Counted from the stretch's first letter, positions 35,569 through 45,890 are shown. The stretch is DNA of 64,000 nucleotides from an uncultured Eggerthellaceae bacterium (GCA_958454405.1 CAUEBO010000004.1:12736-76735), one strand, 5' to 3'. Translations and numbers: made by a program. The notes: generated from the sequence alone by a model not told the origin.

Positions 35569-37407
35569 TTGGCGAAATTATCGATTGCACCGAAGGCGAG
35601 CGACGACGCGCGCATCGGCGATTACGTGGAGCGGCACGTCCGCCGCATCGCGGCGATGCCTCCGGGCGTCTGCCCGGTGTCCGCGCAGCTCTCGCTGCTG
35701 CAGGCGGCCGCCGCCCAAACGTGCGGGAAATGCGTGCCGTGCCGAGACGGCCTGCCGCGCCTGGTGGCCCTGCTCGAACGCATGGCTGCCTGCGAGGCGG
35801 ACGAGGACGCCCTTCAGGCATGCAGGGCGCTCGCCGAGATGGTGCGCGACACGTCCGACTGCGCCATCGGCTACGAAGCTGCGAACGCCCTGCTCGAAGG
35901 CATGGATGCGTTCGCGGCCGAATACGAGAGCCATGTGCGGGCGCATGCGTGCCGCGAGGACGTGGGGCAGTCGGTTCCCTGCGAGACGCTCTGCCCCGCG
36001 CACGTGAACGTGCCGGCTTACATCGCGCTCGTCGAGGCGGGCGATTGCGCGGGCGCCGTCAACATGGTCCGCAAGGACAATCCGTTCCCCACCGCCTGCG
36101 CCCTCGTGTGCGAGCACCCGTGCGAGGAACGCTGCCGCCGGACGCTCATCGACGCGCCTCTCAACATCCGCGGCATCAAGAAGTACGCGGTGGACCACGC
36201 CCGGGCCGACGCGGTGCCCGTTCCGGCGCATGGGGTGGACACGGCGCGCACCGTCGCCGTCGTCGGCGGCGGCCCGAGCGGCCTCACCTGCGCGTACTTC
36301 CTTGCTCTCATGGGGCATCGCGTCACGGTGTTCGAGGGCCGCAAGCAGCTCGGCGGCATGCTGCGCTACGGCATCCCTGCGTACCGCTTTCCGCGCGAGC
36401 GCCTGGACGAGGACATCCACGGCATCCTCGCCGCCGGCTCCATCACGGCGCGCTGCGATTCGCCCGTCGGGGCCTACGAGTTGGGCGAGATCGCCGAAAC
36501 TTTCCATGCCGTGTACGTGGCCATCGGGGCGCAGGGGGGCAAGTCCCTGCGCATGGACAACGTCGATGCCGAAGGCGTGATGTCGGCCGTCGATCTGCTG
36601 GGCCGCATCGGCGACGGCGACTACCCCGATTTCTCGGGGAAGCGCGTGGTCGTGGTCGGCGGCGGCAACGTGGCCATGGACTGCGCGCGCACGTCGGTGC
36701 GCGCCGGCGCCTCGGACGTGACCGTGGTGTACCGCCGCCGCAAAGAGGACATGACGGCGCTGCCCGCCGAGGTGGAGAGCGCCATCGCCGAAGGCGTGGA
36801 GATGGTCGTGCTCGAGGCTCCCGCGGGCATCGAGACGGACGAGGGGGGCCGCTGCACCGCGCTCATCACCCAGCCGCAGATGATCGGGCCCGTTCGCGGG
36901 GGCCGCCCGGCCCCGGTGCCGGCCGACAAGCCCCAGGGCCGCGTGGAGGCAGACATCGTCCTGATCGCGGTCGGCCAGGACGTGCAGGTAGAGGCGTTCG
37001 AGGAGTTCGGCATGAAGACCACCTGGGGCCGCTTCGACGCCGACGAGCATCTGGCGGCTGAAGGATACGACAACGTGTTCGTGGGCGGCGACTGCCAGAC
37101 GGGCCCCGCGACGGTGATCAAGGCCATCGCCGCGGGGAAGGTGGCCGCCCGCAACATCGACGAGTACCTGGGATACCACCATGCGCTTCCCTGCGACATC
37201 GAGGTGCCGCATCCGCGCGCGAACGACCGCGTCCCCAAAGGGCGCGTCGAGATCACCGAGCGGCCCGCGCGCGATCGCAGGAAGGATTTCGAGCATGTGG
37301 AGAACGGCATGAGCCGCGAGGAGGTCGTGCAGGAATGCGGGCGCTGCCTGCGGTGCGATCATTTCGGCTGCGGCGTTTCGGAAGGGGGCAGGCAGCAGTA
37401 TGCCTAG
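35569..37407 (+). CDS. NuoF-type 4Fe-4S domain fused to a GltD-like FAD/NAD(P)-binding oxidoreductase (formate dehydrogenase beta/diaphorase-like subunit)
   Basis: TCGKCVPCRDG (NuoF C-terminal cluster motif); CPAHVNVPAYI and CEHPCEERC (GltD-type clusters); VAVVGGGPSGLTCA and VVVVGGGNVAMDCA dinucleotide folds. TTG start sits behind GGGGGAAGAG. The 3' end overlaps the fdhA start by 8 nt. Confidence 0.75.
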   Translation: MAKLSIAPKASDDARIGDYVERHVRRIAAMPPGVCPVSAQLSLLQAAAAQTCGKCVPCRDGLPRLVALLERMAACEADEDALQACRALAEMVRDTSDCAIGYEAANALLEGMDAFAAEYESHVRAHACREDVGQSVPCETLCPAHVNVPAYIALVEAGDCAGAVNMVRKDNPFPTACALVCEHPCEERCRRTLIDAPLNIRGIKKYAVDHARADAVPVPAHGVDTARTVAVVGGGPSGLTCAYFLALMGHRVTVFEGRKQLGGMLRYGIPAYRFPRERLDEDIHGILAAGSITARCDSPVGAYELGEIAETFHAVYVAIGAQGGKSLRMDNVDAEGVMSAVDLLGRIGDGDYPDFSGKRVVVVGGGNVAMDCARTSVRAGASDVTVVYRRRKEDMTALPAEVESAIAEGVEMVVLEAPAGIETDEGGRCTALITQPQMIGPVRGGRPAPVPADKPQGRVEADIVLIAVGQDVQVEAFEEFGMKTTWGRFDADEHLAAEGYDNVFVGGDCQTGPATVIKAIAAGKVAARNIDEYLGYHHALPCDIEVPHPRANDRVPKGRVEITERPARDRRKDFEHVENGMSREEVVQECGRCLRCDHFGCGVSEGGRQQYA

Positions 37408-40111
37408 CATCACGATCGACGGGAGAGTCCTCGAGGTCGCGGAGGGCGCGACAATCTTGGAGGCCGCGCAGCACGCCGGCATCCGCATTCCCACGCTGTG
37501 CTATCTGAAGGACGTGAGCGCCATCGCCTCGTGCCGCGTGTGCGTGGTCGAGGTGGAGGGACAGGAGCATCCGGTGCCCGCTTGCGCGACCTTCGTGGAA
37601 GACGGCATGAGCGTGACCACGGATTCGCCGAAGATCATGGCGTATCGCCGCGTCGCGCTCGACCTCGTCGCCTCCGACCACGGATTGGGCTTGGAGGACC
37701 GCTGCTCCTCGTGCGCCATGGACGATGCATGCGAGCTGCAGGACCTGTGCCGCGAATACGGCGTGCTCGAGCCGACCTTTTCGCCTGCGGGACGTCGTGT
37801 TCCCGTCCTCGATGCCAACCCGTTTTTGACTTACGACGCGAACCGGTGCATCGCCTGCCAGCGCTGCGTGGGGGCCTGCAATGCCGCGGCGCGCAACCAT
37901 ACGCTGGCCACGGGCAAGCGCGGCGTGCGCACCGTCATCGAGGCTCCGTTCGGCGAGGGGTGGCGCATGACGGACTGCGAGTCGTGCGGCAACTGCGCGC
38001 AGGCGTGCCCGACGGGGGCCATCGCGGTGAAGCGCCGGGGCGGATACCGTTCGCAGGAGGTCGAGAGGGTGCGCACCACCTGCCCGCACTGCGGGGTGGG
38101 CTGCCAGCTGGACCTGGTGGTTGAAGATGGCCGCATCGTGGACGCCGAAGGCGCGCCGGGCCCGTCGAACCAGGGGCTTTTGTGCGTGAAGGGCCGGTCG
38201 GCCAGCTTCGATTTCGTGGGCGCGTCCGACCGCATCCGCACGCCGCTCGTGAAGAACCGCGAAACCGGCGAGTTCGAGCCTGCCACCTGGGACGAGGCGC
38301 TTGATGTGGTGGCCTCGCGCCTCACGGAGCTGCGCGATGCCCATGGAGGCGAATCGCTTGCGGCCTTCGCCTGCTCGCGCGCCACGAACGAGGACATCTA
38401 CCTGTTCCAGAAAATGGCGCGGACGGCGCTTGAAACGAACAACGTCGACTGTTGCGCGCGCGTTTGACACGCTCCCACGGTCGCCGGTCTGGCGACCATG
38501 CTTGGTTCGGGAGCGATGACGAACTCAATCGAAGACGTGACGCGCGAGGCGGATGCCATCATGCTCGTGGGATCGAACCCCGAGGAGGCGCATCCGGTCG
38601 TGGGCATGCAGCTGCGCGCCGCGGTTGAGCGCGGGTGCCGGCTCATCGTGGTCGACCCGCGCGACATCGGGCTGGCGGCGCACGCCGACATCCATCTGAA
38701 GCTGCGGCCGGGCACGAACGTGGCGTTCGCGAACGGCATAGTGAACGTGCTCATACAGGAAGGGCTCTACGACGAGGCCTTCGTGCGCGAGCGCACCGAA
38801 GGGTTCGAGATCCTGGCTGCGACGGTGCGCGGCTACACGCCGGAGCGCGTGGCCGACATCTGCGGCATCGACCAGCGGGACCTCGTGGCCGCCGCGAAGA
38901 TGTACGCGGCCGCCGATGCGGCGGCCATCGTCTACTGCCTGGGGGTGACCGAGCACTCCACCGGTACCGACGGCGTGATGGCGCTCTCGAACATCGCGAT
39001 GGTGTCGGGGAACCTGGGCCGCCCCGGCGCTGGCGTGAACCCGCTGCGCGGCCAGAACAACGTGCAGGGCGCCTGCGACATGGGCGCGGGCCCGGACGAC
39101 TTGCCGGGCTACCAGAAAGTGGCGAACCCCGAGGTCGTGCAACGGTTCGAACGGGCGTGGGGCGCCGAGCTGCCTCGGTGGAAGGGCACGAAGGCCACCG
39201 AATGCTTCCCGGCGATGGTCGAGGGGCGCATCAAGGGCCTGTTCCTGTTCGGCGAGGATCCGGTGCGCACCGATCCCGACACGCACCATGTGATCGAGGC
39301 CCTGGAGTCGCTGGAGTTTATGGTGGTGGACGATCTGTTCATGACCGAGACGGCCAAGTACGCCGACGTGGTGCTGCCTGGATGCAGCTTCGCCGAGAAG
39401 GAGGGCACGTTCACGAACACCGAGCGGCGCGTGCAGCGCGTGCGCAAGGCCGTGGATCCCGTCGGCGACGCCCGTCCCGATGCCGACATCTTCATCGACG
39501 TCATGAACCGCATGGGCTGCCCCCAGCCGCATCTGACCGCGGCTGAGATCATGGACGAGATCGCCAAGGTGACGCCTTCGTACGGCGGCATCAGCCACGC
39601 CCGGCTGGACGGCGATGACGTGGCGGGGCGCGGCCTGCAATGGCCGTGTCCGAACGCCGAGCACCCTGGCACGCCCATTCTGCACATGGGAGCGTTCTCC
39701 CTCGGGCTGGGCGCGTTCTCGACGCCGGACTACCAGCCTTCCGCCGAGCTGCCCGATGAGGAGTACCCGCTGGTCATGATGACGGGCCGCGTGCTGTACC
39801 AGTACAACGCCTGCGCGATGACCGGGCGCACCGAAGGGATCAACGAGATCGCGGACCGCTCGTTCATCGAGCTGAACGAGCATGATGCGGCCGTGCTGGG
39901 CATCGCCGACGGCGATCGCGTGCGCGTCGCATCGCGGCGCGGCGAGATAGAGACGACGGCGCGCGTGTCGGCCAAGACCTCGCCCGGCGAGACGTGGATG
40001 CCGTTCCATTTCCAGGACGGGAACAGCAACTGGCTGACCATCGCGGCGCTCGACCGCGTGTCGAAGGCTCCCGAGTACAAGGTATGCGCGGTGCGCGTGG
40101 AAAGGGCGTAG
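37400..40111 (+). CDS. fdhA: Selenocysteine-containing formate dehydrogenase alpha subunit (2Fe-2S, 4Fe-4S and Mo/W-bis-MGD domains); UGA at 38465-38467 decoded as Sec
   Basis: Track ORFs 37400..38467 and 38498..40111 are in the same frame. The junction reads NNVDCCARV-[TGA]-HAPTVAGLATMLGSGAMTNS, the canonical ARVUH active-site context. N-terminal ferredoxin-like Cys clusters are present. Confidence 0.85.
38476..38500 (+). promoter_or_regulatory. Bacterial SECIS-like hairpin
   Basis: The stem base starts 11 nt after the U of UGA. GGTCGCC-GGTCT-GGCGACC gives 7 perfect bp, extendable to 10 with one mismatch. The GGUC-containing apical loop resembles E. coli fdhF. Confidence 0.7.
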
Positions 40112-40116
40112 GCTGC

Positions 40117-41175
40117 ATGAAGATCAACCATGCCGTGCTGCACGTGTTCGACTTCGTCTCCTGCGTGAACGTGTTTTCGCAGGAGGAGCTGGACCTCTCC
40201 GGCAAGAACGCCAAAGGGTTCGTCACCCGGCACGTGCGCAGCGCGCTGGGGAACCTGGACGGCAAGCGCGGCGCGTTCGCCGACGACAGCATGTTCGCCG
40301 AGGAGCTGCGGAGCTACTTCCGCGGGCAGCGCGGTTTCGTGGACCTGTCCGTGCAGATCGCGGAATACCTGGCCGGCGAGCTCGGTCGCATGGAAAAGGC
40401 GGTTTCCACCGACCTGCTCGTGGTGGATTTCGAGGACGAGGCGCGGGCCGTCGTCGGGGAGATGGCCGATGACGAGCTGGACGACGCCTTCGAGGGGCAC
40501 GGGAAGCGCTACTTCGCACTGCTTCTGCTGGAAAGCCGCCAGGCGTTCATGCATGCGGTGGGACACGGCGAGCAGGGCGGCGTGAGCGTGGGCATCGAGC
40601 GGCACCATGCCATCCTGCCCAATCCGTCGCAGAAAGTGCATTCCTACGCCCTGGTGGAGGCGCGCACGCTCGACGTGTCCTTCTGCGACAAACCCCGCAC
40701 GATCGCGGGCGAAGAACGCTGGCTCATTCCCGACGGACTGCTGCAGTGCTCCATGGAGGCGTCGGGCAAGGAGCTGTTCGACACGGTGGCGCGCATCGTG
40801 GAGGACGTCGCCGAAGAATTCGGGGCGAATTCGGCCGTGGCGGTGTCGAAGGCGAAGGCCTATGTGAGCGAGACCGCCGAAGCGTCCGAGGAACTGGCCC
40901 CGTGGGACATGGGCGGCGAGGTGTTCGACGACGAGCCGCTGCAGAAGCGCTTCGAGGAGGCCCTGGCCGAGGAGGCGCTGCCCGAGCGCGTGGCGATGGG
41001 GAAAGCCGTGGCCAAGCGCGTGGCGAGAAACCACAAGATCCGAACCGACACCGGCATCGAGATCACGTTTCCCGCGGAGTACAGCCAAAGCCCGGAGTTC
41101 ATCGAGTTCTCGAGCGAACCGAACGGGTTGATCTCCATCGAGCTGAAGAACATCGGCCGGATCGAGAACCGGTAG
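40117..41175 (+). CDS. Nucleoid-associated protein NdpA/YejK-like (tentative)
   Basis: The N-terminus MKINHAVLHVFDF resembles the 'I..AILHILD' start of Firmicute NA37-family proteins. It starts 6 nt after the fdhA stop. Confidence 0.5.
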   Translation: MKINHAVLHVFDFVSCVNVFSQEELDLSGKNAKGFVTRHVRSALGNLDGKRGAFADDSMFAEELRSYFRGQRGFVDLSVQIAEYLAGELGRMEKAVSTDLLVVDFEDEARAVVGEMADDELDDAFEGHGKRYFALLLLESRQAFMHAVGHGEQGGVSVGIERHHAILPNPSQKVHSYALVEARTLDVSFCDKPRTIAGEERWLIPDGLLQCSMEASGKELFDTVARIVEDVAEEFGANSAVAVSKAKAYVSETAEASEELAPWDMGGEVFDDEPLQKRFEEALAEEALPERVAMGKAVAKRVARNHKIRTDTGIEITFPAEYSQSPEFIEFSSEPNGLISIELKNIGRIENR

Positions 41176-41407
41176 AGCAACCCCGGCTTCGATCGGCATG
41201 CCTCGGGCGGGCTCGCGGCTCCCGCATGCTTTGCCACGGCGCAGGAAGCTGGATCGCTCGCTTCGATCCTGACTCGACATTGGCGCGGTGCGCGCATGTG
41301 CCATCGAATCGGCAGCTGCGGAACATGCGAAGCGGCCGCCTTGCGGCAGCCGCTTCAGCTGGGCTTTACACGATCGCGCTGGGGCTTCGGCCGCCTGGTT
41401 CGGCCGC

Positions 41408-43087
41408 CTAGTCGCGCGTGAGCTTGCGGTGCAGGCGGTGGGGCTTGGACGCCTCGGGCCCCAGGCGCTCCAGACGGTTCTCCTGGTAGGCTTCGAAGTT
41501 GCCTTCGAACCAGGTCCAGGTGCCGGGGTTCTCGTCGGTGCCCTCCCAAGCAAGAATGTGCGTGGCCACACGGTCGAGGAACCAGCGGTCGTGGCTCGTC
41601 ACCACGGCGCAGCCGGGGAACGCCAGCAGCGCTTCCTCAAGGCTGGCCAGCGTCTCGGTGTCCAGGTCGTTCGTGGGCTCATCGAGCAAGAGCAGGTTGC
41701 CGCCCTGCTTCAAGGTGAGCGCCAGGTTCAGGCGGTTGCGCTCGCCGCCGGAGAGCACGCCGGCCGGTTTCTGCTGGTCAGAACCCTTGAAGCCGAAGCT
41801 GGCCACGTAAGCGCGGCTGGGGATCTCGGTATCGCCCACGATCATGAAGTCGCTGCCGCCGGACACCACTTCCCACAGCTTCGTGTTCGGGTCGATGCCC
41901 TCGCGGTTCTGGTCGACGTAGCTGATCTTCACCGACTCGCCGATGTCGAGCGTGCCGCCGTCCACCGGCTCCAGGCCCATGATCATCTTGAACAGGGTGG
42001 ACTTGCCCACGCCGTTCGGGCCGATGACGCCCACGATGCCGTTGGGCGGCAGGCTGAACGACAGGTCGTCGATGAGCACGCGGTCGCCGAAGGCCTTGTG
42101 CAAATGCTCGGCCTCGATGACCTTGGCGCCCAAGCGCGGCGGCACGGGGATCTGGATCTCGTTGTAGTCGAGCTTCTTGTTGGCGCGCGCCTCGGCGGCC
42201 ATCTGCTCGTAGGCGGCCAGGCGCGCCTTGCTCTTGGCCTGGCGGGCCTTCGGGCTCGAACGCACCCATTCCAGCTCGCTCTTCAGTTTCTTCGCCAGCT
42301 TCTCCTGGCTCTGGCCCTGCGCCTCGATGCGGGCGGCCTTCGTCTCCAAGTACGTGGAATAGTTGCCCTTGTAGGGGAAGAGGCTCCCGCGGTCCACCTC
42401 GCAGATCCACTCGGCCACGTGGTCGAGGAAGTAGCGGTCGTGCGTCACGGCCAGCACTGCGCCTTGGTAGGTGCGCAGGAACTGCTCGAGCCACAGCACC
42501 GACTCCGCGTCCAGGTGGTTCGTGGGCTCGTCGAGCAAGAGCAGGTCGGGCGCCTCGAGCAGCAGGCGGCAGAGCGCCACGCGGCGGCGCTCGCCGCCGG
42601 AGAGGTGGCCGACCGGCTCGTCGGGGTCGGGGCATTGCAGCGCGTCCATGGCCTGGGAGAGCTGGCTGTCCAAGTCCCAGCCGTTCGCGGCGTCTATCTC
42701 GGTCTGCAGCGTGCCCATCTCGTCCATGAGCGCGTCGAAGTCGGCGTCGGGCTCGGCCATTTCCATGCCGATGGCGTTGAAGCGCTCCACCTTCGCGAAG
42801 ACGTCGCCGAAGGCCTGCTTGATGTTCTCGAGGACCGTCTTGTCTTCGTCGAGCGGCGGCTCCTGCAACAGGATGCCCACCGAGTAGCCCGGCGTGAGCC
42901 GCGCCTCGCCGTTCGTGACCTCCTCGAGGCCGGCCATGATCTTGAGCAGGGTGGACTTGCCCATGCCGTTCGGCCCCACGACGCCGATCTTCGCGCCGGG
43001 GTAGAACGACAGCGTCACGTCGTCGAGGATGACCTTGTCGCCGTGCGCCTTGCGGGCCTGATGCATCTGGTAAATGAATTCTGGCAT
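41408..43087 (-). CDS. ettA: ABC-F energy-dependent translational throttle protein EttA
   Basis: MPEFIYQMHQARKAHGDKVILDDVTLSFYPGAKIGVVGPNGMGKST, two ABC cassettes (LSGGERRR / LSGGERNR), and ~560 aa. Confidence 0.9.
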   Translation of the reverse strand: MPEFIYQMHQARKAHGDKVILDDVTLSFYPGAKIGVVGPNGMGKSTLLKIMAGLEEVTNGEARLTPGYSVGILLQEPPLDEDKTVLENIKQAFGDVFAKVERFNAIGMEMAEPDADFDALMDEMGTLQTEIDAANGWDLDSQLSQAMDALQCPDPDEPVGHLSGGERRRVALCRLLLEAPDLLLLDEPTNHLDAESVLWLEQFLRTYQGAVLAVTHDRYFLDHVAEWICEVDRGSLFPYKGNYSTYLETKAARIEAQGQSQEKLAKKLKSELEWVRSSPKARQAKSKARLAAYEQMAAEARANKKLDYNEIQIPVPPRLGAKVIEAEHLHKAFGDRVLIDDLSFSLPPNGIVGVIGPNGVGKSTLFKMIMGLEPVDGGTLDIGESVKISYVDQNREGIDPNTKLWEVVSGGSDFMIVGDTEIPSRAYVASFGFKGSDQQKPAGVLSGGERNRLNLALTLKQGGNLLLLDEPTNDLDTETLASLEEALLAFPGCAVVTSHDRWFLDRVATHILAWEGTDENPGTWTWFEGNFEAYQENRLERLGPEASKPHRLHRKLTRD

Positions 43088-43269
43088 GGTTCGCTTTCCT
43101 GGGTTGGGGTTTTTCTGCACGGGCTATTGTCTCATGGATGCGCGCCGACGGCGAGGTGGTTTTCCGCCTCCATAGACCGTCCGTTCAGCCGTTTCGCCGT
43201 AGGTCCGCTTGACGATGCGCGCCGCTTCGCCCGGGCGGCATGGTGAATGCGCTGCGAGGCCCGTTTTGC

Positions 43270-43429
43270 GAGCAGAAATCGAGGTAGGGAACGGGATTCG
43301 GCATCCTGGACCCCGCAAAGCCGTCTTTACGTGCGCTTCGCATGCGTTGCGAACGCGATCGTGGTGCGCGATCTGGGGAAACGTTCGCGTTCCCAATTCG
43401 AGCTTCGTGCCCTACCTCGATTTCTGCTC
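43270..43429. repeat. Perfect 20-bp inverted repeat separated by 120 nt in the ettA-thi intergenic region
   Basis: GAGCAGAAATCGAGGTAGGG at 43270-43289 is the exact reverse complement of 43410-43429. Confidence 0.7.
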
Positions 43430-43629
43430 AAAATGCCGGGGTCGATCCACATTCGAAGCCGAAAGGCCTTGGTGGGTGCGGTCGGGCGGCGCTTCTGCGG
43501 AACCGATCGGGCGAGACGCGGCGATTGGGCGTGGGGGGACGGCGGCTTCGACAGGAGGCCGTTTGCCCATCGCAGCATCCGCGGGCACCAGCGTCGTGGT
43601 ACCATGGAGCCAACTGAATAGCTTATGCA

Positions 43630-43775
43630 GGAGAACCGAGCGGGCGCGGCCCGCGGGCGTTGAGAAGGCGAGAGCCTGATCCTTTGAACCTGTCAGTTAA
43701 CACTGGTGTAGGGAGCATGCTTTGAAGACGAGGACGCTTGCCGCAACGGTGGGCGTCTTTTCGTTTTCGGGAAAG
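43630..43775 (+). promoter_or_regulatory. TPP (THI-box) riboswitch with terminator-type expression platform
   Basis: CGGGCGC...GGCGTTGAGA...CCTTTGAACCTGTCAGTTAACACTGGTGTAGGGA matches the THI-box core (CUGAGA, ACCUGAUCUGGAUAAUGCCAGCGUAGGGA). It is followed by an AAGACG...CGTCTT hairpin plus TTTCGTTTTC, upstream of thiM. Confidence 0.8.
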
Positions 43776-43786
43776 GAGCGGAAGCG

Positions 43787-44620
43787 GTGGAGAAAGCGGA
43801 ACTTGAGCGGCAGGTGGCCGCGGCGGTGGACGCGGCGCGGCGGGAAGTGCCGCTGGTCGGCTCGGTCACGAACGCCGTGAGCGTGAACTTCGTGGCCAAC
43901 GCGCAGCTGGCAGCCGGTGGATCGGCGGCCATGGTGTACCTGCCTGACGAGGCGGAGTTCCTGGCGCAGGCGGGCGGCGCGCTGTACCTCAACCTGGGCA
44001 CGCTGCTGCCGGTGCACGAGGAGACGATGCCGCGCGGCGCGCGGGCCATGTGCGAGCTGGGCAAGCCGTGGGTGCTCGACCCGGTGGGCATCGGCATCGG
44101 GTCGCTGCGCACCGGCATCTTGAAGGAGCTGAAAGCGTGCAAGCCCGCCATCGTGCGGGCGAACGCCTCCGAGGTCATCGCGCTGGCAGGGCTGTGGGAG
44201 CTGGACGGCGGCGACGCTCGGGCCCAGGTGCGCGGAGTCGACTCCACCGACGAGGTGGGCGCGGCCGAGGGCGCGGCCGTCGCCCTGGCGCGCTGGACCG
44301 GTGGGGCCGTTGCGGTGTCGGGGGCGGCGGACCTGGTCACCGACGGCGCCGTCGTGGCGACGTCGCGCGGAGGGTCGCCGCTCATGGAGAAGGTGACGGG
44401 CTTTGGGTGCTCGCTCGGCGGCGTGGCCGCCGTGTACGCGGCCGTCGCCTCGCCGTTCGTGGCGGCGCTCGCGGCCACGGCGGCCTACAACCTGGCCGGG
44501 GCGCGCGCGTTCGCGCGCGTGCAGGCGCCCGGAAGCTTCCAGGCGGCGTTTTTGGACGAGCTCTCCGAGGCGTCGGCGACGGACGTCGCGGGCAATCCGT
44601 TCAATATCAGAGAGGTGTGA
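43787..44620 (+). CDS. thiM: Hydroxyethylthiazole kinase
   Basis: PLVGSVTNAVSVNFVANAQLAAGGSAAM, LNLGTL, VLDPVG, IVRANASE, and VTGFGCSLGG. GTG start sits behind GAAAGGAG. Confidence 0.9.
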   Translation: MEKAELERQVAAAVDAARREVPLVGSVTNAVSVNFVANAQLAAGGSAAMVYLPDEAEFLAQAGGALYLNLGTLLPVHEETMPRGARAMCELGKPWVLDPVGIGIGSLRTGILKELKACKPAIVRANASEVIALAGLWELDGGDARAQVRGVDSTDEVGAAEGAAVALARWTGGAVAVSGAADLVTDGAVVATSRGGSPLMEKVTGFGCSLGGVAAVYAAVASPFVAALAATAAYNLAGARAFARVQAPGSFQAAFLDELSEASATDVAGNPFNIREV

Positions 44621-44625
44621 GGCGT

Positions 44626-44940
44626 ATGAACACGTTGGTGGCGGTGGCCATCGCCCCGTTGGGCGTGGGCGACGAGTTGGCGGCCGAGGTGGCGGAGGTC
44701 GTGCGGGTCATCCGCGCGTCGGGCCTCCCGAACCGGACGAACTCCATGTTCACCGAGATCGAGGGCGAGTGGGACGAGGTGTTCCGCGTGGTGCGCGACG
44801 CGACGTTCGTGCTGGCGGAGAAGGGCATCCGCACCGAGGTCGTGCTCAAGGCCGACGTGCGCCCCGGGCACACCGGCATGATGGAGCGCAAGGTGAGCAA
44901 GGTGGACGACATCCTGGGCGGGGGCGGCCATGCGGAATAA
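44626..44940 (+). CDS. MTH1187/YkoF-family thiamine-binding protein
   Basis: 104 aa; VAVAIAPLGVGDELAAEVAEVV..SGLPNRTNSMFTEIEGEWDEV fits the family pattern; lies in the thi operon. Confidence 0.65.
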   Translation: MNTLVAVAIAPLGVGDELAAEVAEVVRVIRASGLPNRTNSMFTEIEGEWDEVFRVVRDATFVLAEKGIRTEVVLKADVRPGHTGMMERKVSKVDDILGGGGHAE

Positions 44941-45625
44941 CCTGGACATAACGGCGTACCTGGTGCTGGGCCCTGAGAACACGGCCGGGCGCCCGGTGGG
45001 CGACGTGGTTGAGGCGGCGCTGGCGGCGGGGTTCACCTGCGTGCAGGTGCGCTCGAAGGAATGCTCGGCGCGCCAGCTGATGGAGGTGGCGCGCGAGGCC
45101 GCGGGCGCCATCGAGCGCGTCGGCGCGGCCCAGCGGGTAGCGCTTTTGGTGGACGACCGGCTCGACGTGGCGCTTGCGGCGCGCGCGGCCGGCGTCAAGG
45201 TGGACGGCGTGCACGTGGGGCAGTCCGACGTGCCGGTGGAGGTGTGCCGGAGGTATTTGGGCGAGGACGGCGTCGTGGGCCTTTCGGCGCGCACCGACGA
45301 GATGCTGGCGTACGTGCGCACGGTTGACACGGGCTGCGTGGACTACCTGGGCGCGGGACCTTTGCACGAGACGGCCACGAAGCCCGACTGCGGCATGGAT
45401 GCGGCGGGCAACGTGATAACCAGGAGCCTGGCCGACTTGGCGGAGCTCGCGCGCACGAGCCCGCTTCCCGTGGTGGTGGGCGGCGGCGTGAAGGCCGCGG
45501 ACATCCCCGCCCTCGCGCGCACGGGGGTCGACGGCTTCTTCGTGGTGTCGGCGGTGTGCGCCGCGCTCGATCCCGGAGCCGCCGCCCACGAGCTCGTGGA
45601 GGCTTGGCGAGGGGCGCGGGGGTAG
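44930..45625 (+). CDS. thiE: Thiamine-phosphate synthase
   Basis: VQVRSKE, DGVHVGQSD, YLGAGP, and VVVGGGV motifs. It overlaps the previous gene by 11 nt. Confidence 0.85.
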   Translation: MRNNLDITAYLVLGPENTAGRPVGDVVEAALAAGFTCVQVRSKECSARQLMEVAREAAGAIERVGAAQRVALLVDDRLDVALAARAAGVKVDGVHVGQSDVPVEVCRRYLGEDGVVGLSARTDEMLAYVRTVDTGCVDYLGAGPLHETATKPDCGMDAAGNVITRSLADLAELARTSPLPVVVGGGVKAADIPALARTGVDGFFVVSAVCAALDPGAAAHELVEAWRGARG

Positions 45626-45890
45626 CGCCGGTTTCGAAGGGGGCCGCCTATCGGGACGGTCCGACGTCCGGAGGCTGCAAGGGCCGAGGGTTCAGGGAGC
45701 GCCGCTCCCGCGCTTGCATGCTGGGAGGGCGGTGATCCGCGCCGTTGGCGGGCTTCTTTGCCTCGTCCGTCGTCGATGCGCAGGCGAGCGTTGGATTTAA
45801 TCTGGTCGCGCGCCGTTTCGCCTCCGCATGGTGCGCGTTCTTGGTAGGATAGCTCCGAAAAACTCTGACGATTGCAACAGGAGGCAGCAC

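Noticed and set aside
37400-38467. fdhA as two separate genes or a nonsense-disrupted pseudogene.
   Set aside because: The frame is continuous, the TGA sits in the ARV-U-H active-site position, and a SECIS-like hairpin lies at the canonical distance. Selenocysteine read-through is the better explanation.
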